DNA from: Anaeromyxobacter sp.
GTDB taxonomy: Bacteria > Myxococcota > Myxococcia > Myxococcales > Anaeromyxobacteraceae
Assembly: GCA_049840735.1 (NCBI GenBank)
Contig: JASGJN010000022.1
Coordinates: 288,001 to 352,000, forward strand
Direction: 5' to 3'
Length of the DNA stretch: 64,000 bases
Shown: piece after piece, positions 61,550 through 64,000 of the stretch
Layout of the letters: each line of letters starts with the position of its first letter
Numbering within the stretch: position 1 is the first letter of the stretch
Program-made: the position numbers and the translations under genes
Notes under the pieces: generated by a model
Seen by the model: the letters and a program-made list of their open reading frames with translations, nothing else
What the model was told of the DNA's origin: nothing
Database searches by the model: none

Positions 61550-62741
61550 ATGAGCAAGCGAACGAAGGACAAGGTCGGGTCCGGGAACGGACGCGGTGGG
61601 GTGCGGCGGAGCGGCTCGGCGGGGAACCCGAGGATCCACCCGTTGGCGTTCAGGCTGCGGGCGGTGGGGCAGGTGGTGGACAAGCAGGTGCCCATCACGC
61701 AGGTGGGCCCGATTGTACGGGCTGTCGTCTGACGACGCTGCGGACCTGGGTGGAGCGGTTCAAGGCGGACGGGGTGGCCGGGCTGGAGCCAAAGCCGAAC
61801 CTGGGCCGGCCGACGAAGGCGGCCAATCCGGCGGACCCCAAGCGCGTGGCGGTCACGGAGTTGCGCGGTGAGCACCCGGAGTTCGGGACGCGGCGCATCT
61901 CGCAGACTGCTGGGCCGGTTCCAGGCGCTGGGCGTGTCGGAGCACGAGGTCCGGCGGATCCTCCACGAGGAAGGGCTCATCGAGGAGAAGGAACCGGCCG
62001 GGCCGCGCGATCACCCGGGAGCGGCGGTTCGAGCGGGCGCAGCCTGAACGAGCTGTTTGGGCAGTCGGACATCTTCACGTTCCTGCTGCGGCGGCACGAG
62101 CGGCTGTACATGGCCGCCTTCATGGACGACCACTCGCGGTTCCTGGTGTCGCACGCGATCGCGCACCACCAGCGGTCGGGGCTGGTGATGGAGGCACTCG
62201 ACCGCGGGATCGCGGCGTACGGCGCGCCGCGGGAGAATCCTGACGGACCCAGGGGCGGTCAGTACACGGCCTGGCGCGGGACGACCGAGTTCGAGGCGGA
62301 GCTGCGCCGGCAGGGGATCCGGCACGTGAAGAGCCGGCCGCAGCACCCGCAGACGCTGGGCAAGATCGAGCGGTTCTGGAAGACGCTGTGGGACGAGCTG
62401 TTGTCCCGGACGGTCTTCTCGGACTTCGCCGGACTGCGCGCGGCGGATCGGGCTCTTCGTCGACGGCTACAACTTCCAGCGGCCGCACCAGGCGCTGGTG
62501 GGGCTGGTGCCGGCGGATCGCTTCTTCCAGGCGGCGCCGCAGGTGCGTGCCGCGGTGGAGCGGAGCGTGCAGGCGAACGCGCTGCGGCTGGCGAAGGGAG
62601 AAGCCGCCGCTCAAGCCCTTCTACCTGGTGGGCCGGTTGGGGGACCGGGACCTCTCGATCGCGGCCAGCGCCGAGGGGCTGCGGGTGAAGGTGGGCGGCG
62701 AAGGAGCAGACCATTCCGCTGAACGAGGAGCGCGTCCATGA
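61550..62741 (+). CDS. IS481-like DDE transposase/integrase (several frameshifts; error or decay)
   Basis: HTH, HPEFGTRRI, RRFER, QSDIFTF, DDHSRF, ILTDQG, HPQTLGKIERFWKT, YNFQRPHQAL, PADRF. Confidence 0.85.
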
Positions 62742-63254
62742 GCGAGACGAAGACGAGGCAATCGAGGCGGCACCGGCCGCGGCCCGTGCCCAGGTGGCTG
62801 TAAGACGCGGCAGGAGCTGGACGAGATGGCGCGGCGGCGGTGCCTGCTGGTGCTGTCGGTGCTGTCCGGGGAGCGGCCGGTGACGGAGGCGATCGAGGAG
62901 GCGAAGCTGTCGCGGGGCCGGTACTACCAGCTGGAGGAGTTGGCGCTGCAGGCGATGCTGGACGCGCTGTCGCCGACGCCGGCGACGAAGCCAGGGCGGC
63001 CGCCGAGCCAGGACCGGAAGATCGTGGAGCTGGAGGCGAAGGTGACGCGGCTGGAGCAGGAGAAGCGGCGGGCCGAGCGCGCTCCTGCACATGACGCGGA
63101 AGGTGCTGGGGAAGGGGCGCGTGACGCTGCCCGGGGTGGGCCGGCCCAGCTCGACGAAGGATGGGCGCGAAGCCTTCGAAGCGGCTCGGTGACGAGGAAG
63201 GGGGAGGCCGGCCCGGCTTCGATCCCGAAGACGGGTGGCGCGGTCGCGCCCTGA
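62738..63254 (+). CDS. Transposon accessory HTH/coiled-coil protein (frameshifted)
   Basis: ARRRCLLVLSVLSGERPVTEAIEEAKLSRGRYYQLE..GRP..KIVELEAKVTRLEQEKRR. Confidence 0.65.
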
Positions 63255-63318
63255 GGTGGGATTCGGAAACTCGCGGGAGAGATCGCGGCGTGTGACGCTG
63301 GGTCCGAGGAGCGCGCCC

Positions 63319-64000
63319 ATGCCGAAGAAGACCTACGAGCCGATGCCGGAGGTGCCGCCGGAGCTGCAGGAGCGCCTGGCCGACGATGCTGGCGGTGATG
63401 GCCGGGGAAGTGTCGGTGAGCGAGGGGGCCCGGAAGCTGGGCCTGTCGCGAAACCACTTCCAGACCCTGCTGCACCGCGGCCTCAAGGGGATGCTGGAGG
63501 GGGTGACGCCGCTGGCCCCGGGTCGGCAGGCGAGGCCGGAGCGGGAGGCGGAGCTGGAGCGCCAGCTGGAGGCGCTCCGGCGGCAGAACCGGCAGCTCCA
63601 GGCGCGGGCGGAGATGATCGACCGGATCTTCGGAGCGATGAGCCAGGTGGTGCATACCCGGGTGCGGACCCCGCGGCCCAGGAAGAGCCGCCCGGGCGGT
63701 GGCGGTGAGGTCGATGAACCCGACGGTGCGGAGGTGCTGATGCGGCTCGAGGCCGAGCGGACGCTGCGGGAGGCCGGGATTGCCGGCGGCGCTGTCGGTG
63801 CGCGCTGGTCGGCGCTAGCCCGGCCACCGTGGCGCGCTGGCGCAAGCAGCTGGCGGCGGGCGAGCCGCCCGCGCAGCTCGTCGCCCCGCTCGGCCCCGAA
63901 CTCAAGGACGAGGTGGTCGCCGTGGTCCGCGGCCTGCGCGGATTGATCGGCGCCGAGGCCATCCGCCACGCGGTGCCGGGCGTGTCCCGGCGCCAGGCGG
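63319..64000 (+). CDS. Second HTH/coiled-coil transposon protein, possibly the N-terminus of a second transposase (frameshifted, truncated)
   Basis: GAGGAG RBS; AGEVSVSEGARKLGLSRNHFQTL, GRQARPEREAELERQLEALRRQNRQL, SPATVARWRK, GLIGAEAIRHAVPGVSRRQA. Confidence 0.6.

Larger units (their letters stand above)
61433..64000 (+). mobile_element. Multi-ORF DDE transposon/IS, left part (runs off the window)
   Basis: Putative left end TGACGGTTAGTCA, followed by an IS481-like transposase and two HTH/coiled-coil ORFs; exact boundary unverified. Confidence 0.75.

Overview
A very GC-rich bacterial chromosome segment. Gene content and style suggest Myxococcota, Anaeromyxobacter-like (inference). From left to right it holds: the end of a molybdenum-cofactor operon (moeA-moaB-moaC-moaD-moaE); a hemerythrin gene divergent from a beta-propeller/7-heme cytochrome lipoprotein pair behind an FNR-type box; a VapBC toxin-antitoxin pair; and three scattered starch/glycogen lipoproteins. 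Next come a stand-alone, active-site-divergent cobT paralogue behind a cobalamin riboswitch, an ECF sigma / ECF sigma / Ser-Thr kinase module, and assorted enzymes and signalling genes. A ~17 kb riboswitch-led cobalamin operon follows, then c-di-GMP genes, fbaA, a SWIM-SNF2 helicase, a MocR regulator unit, and the left part of a multi-ORF DDE transposon. The most notable observations are: (1) the B12 operon is a hybrid, with the early-cobalt CbiX/CbiG route using CobF instead of CbiD, no CbiJ/CobK, and a NadR-like P-loop domain fused to uroporphyrinogen-III methyltransferase; (2) a duplicated promoter and riboswitch drive a degenerate second CobT; (3) a covarying structured repeat family has copies apparently in-frame inside cobD; (4) at least 10 frameshifts are repaired by GAATC/GATTC to GATC, which points to sequencing errors at methylated GATC rather than real pseudogenes. 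No rRNA, tRNA or CRISPR array was recognised. All product calls come from motif recognition by eye; no database search was run.
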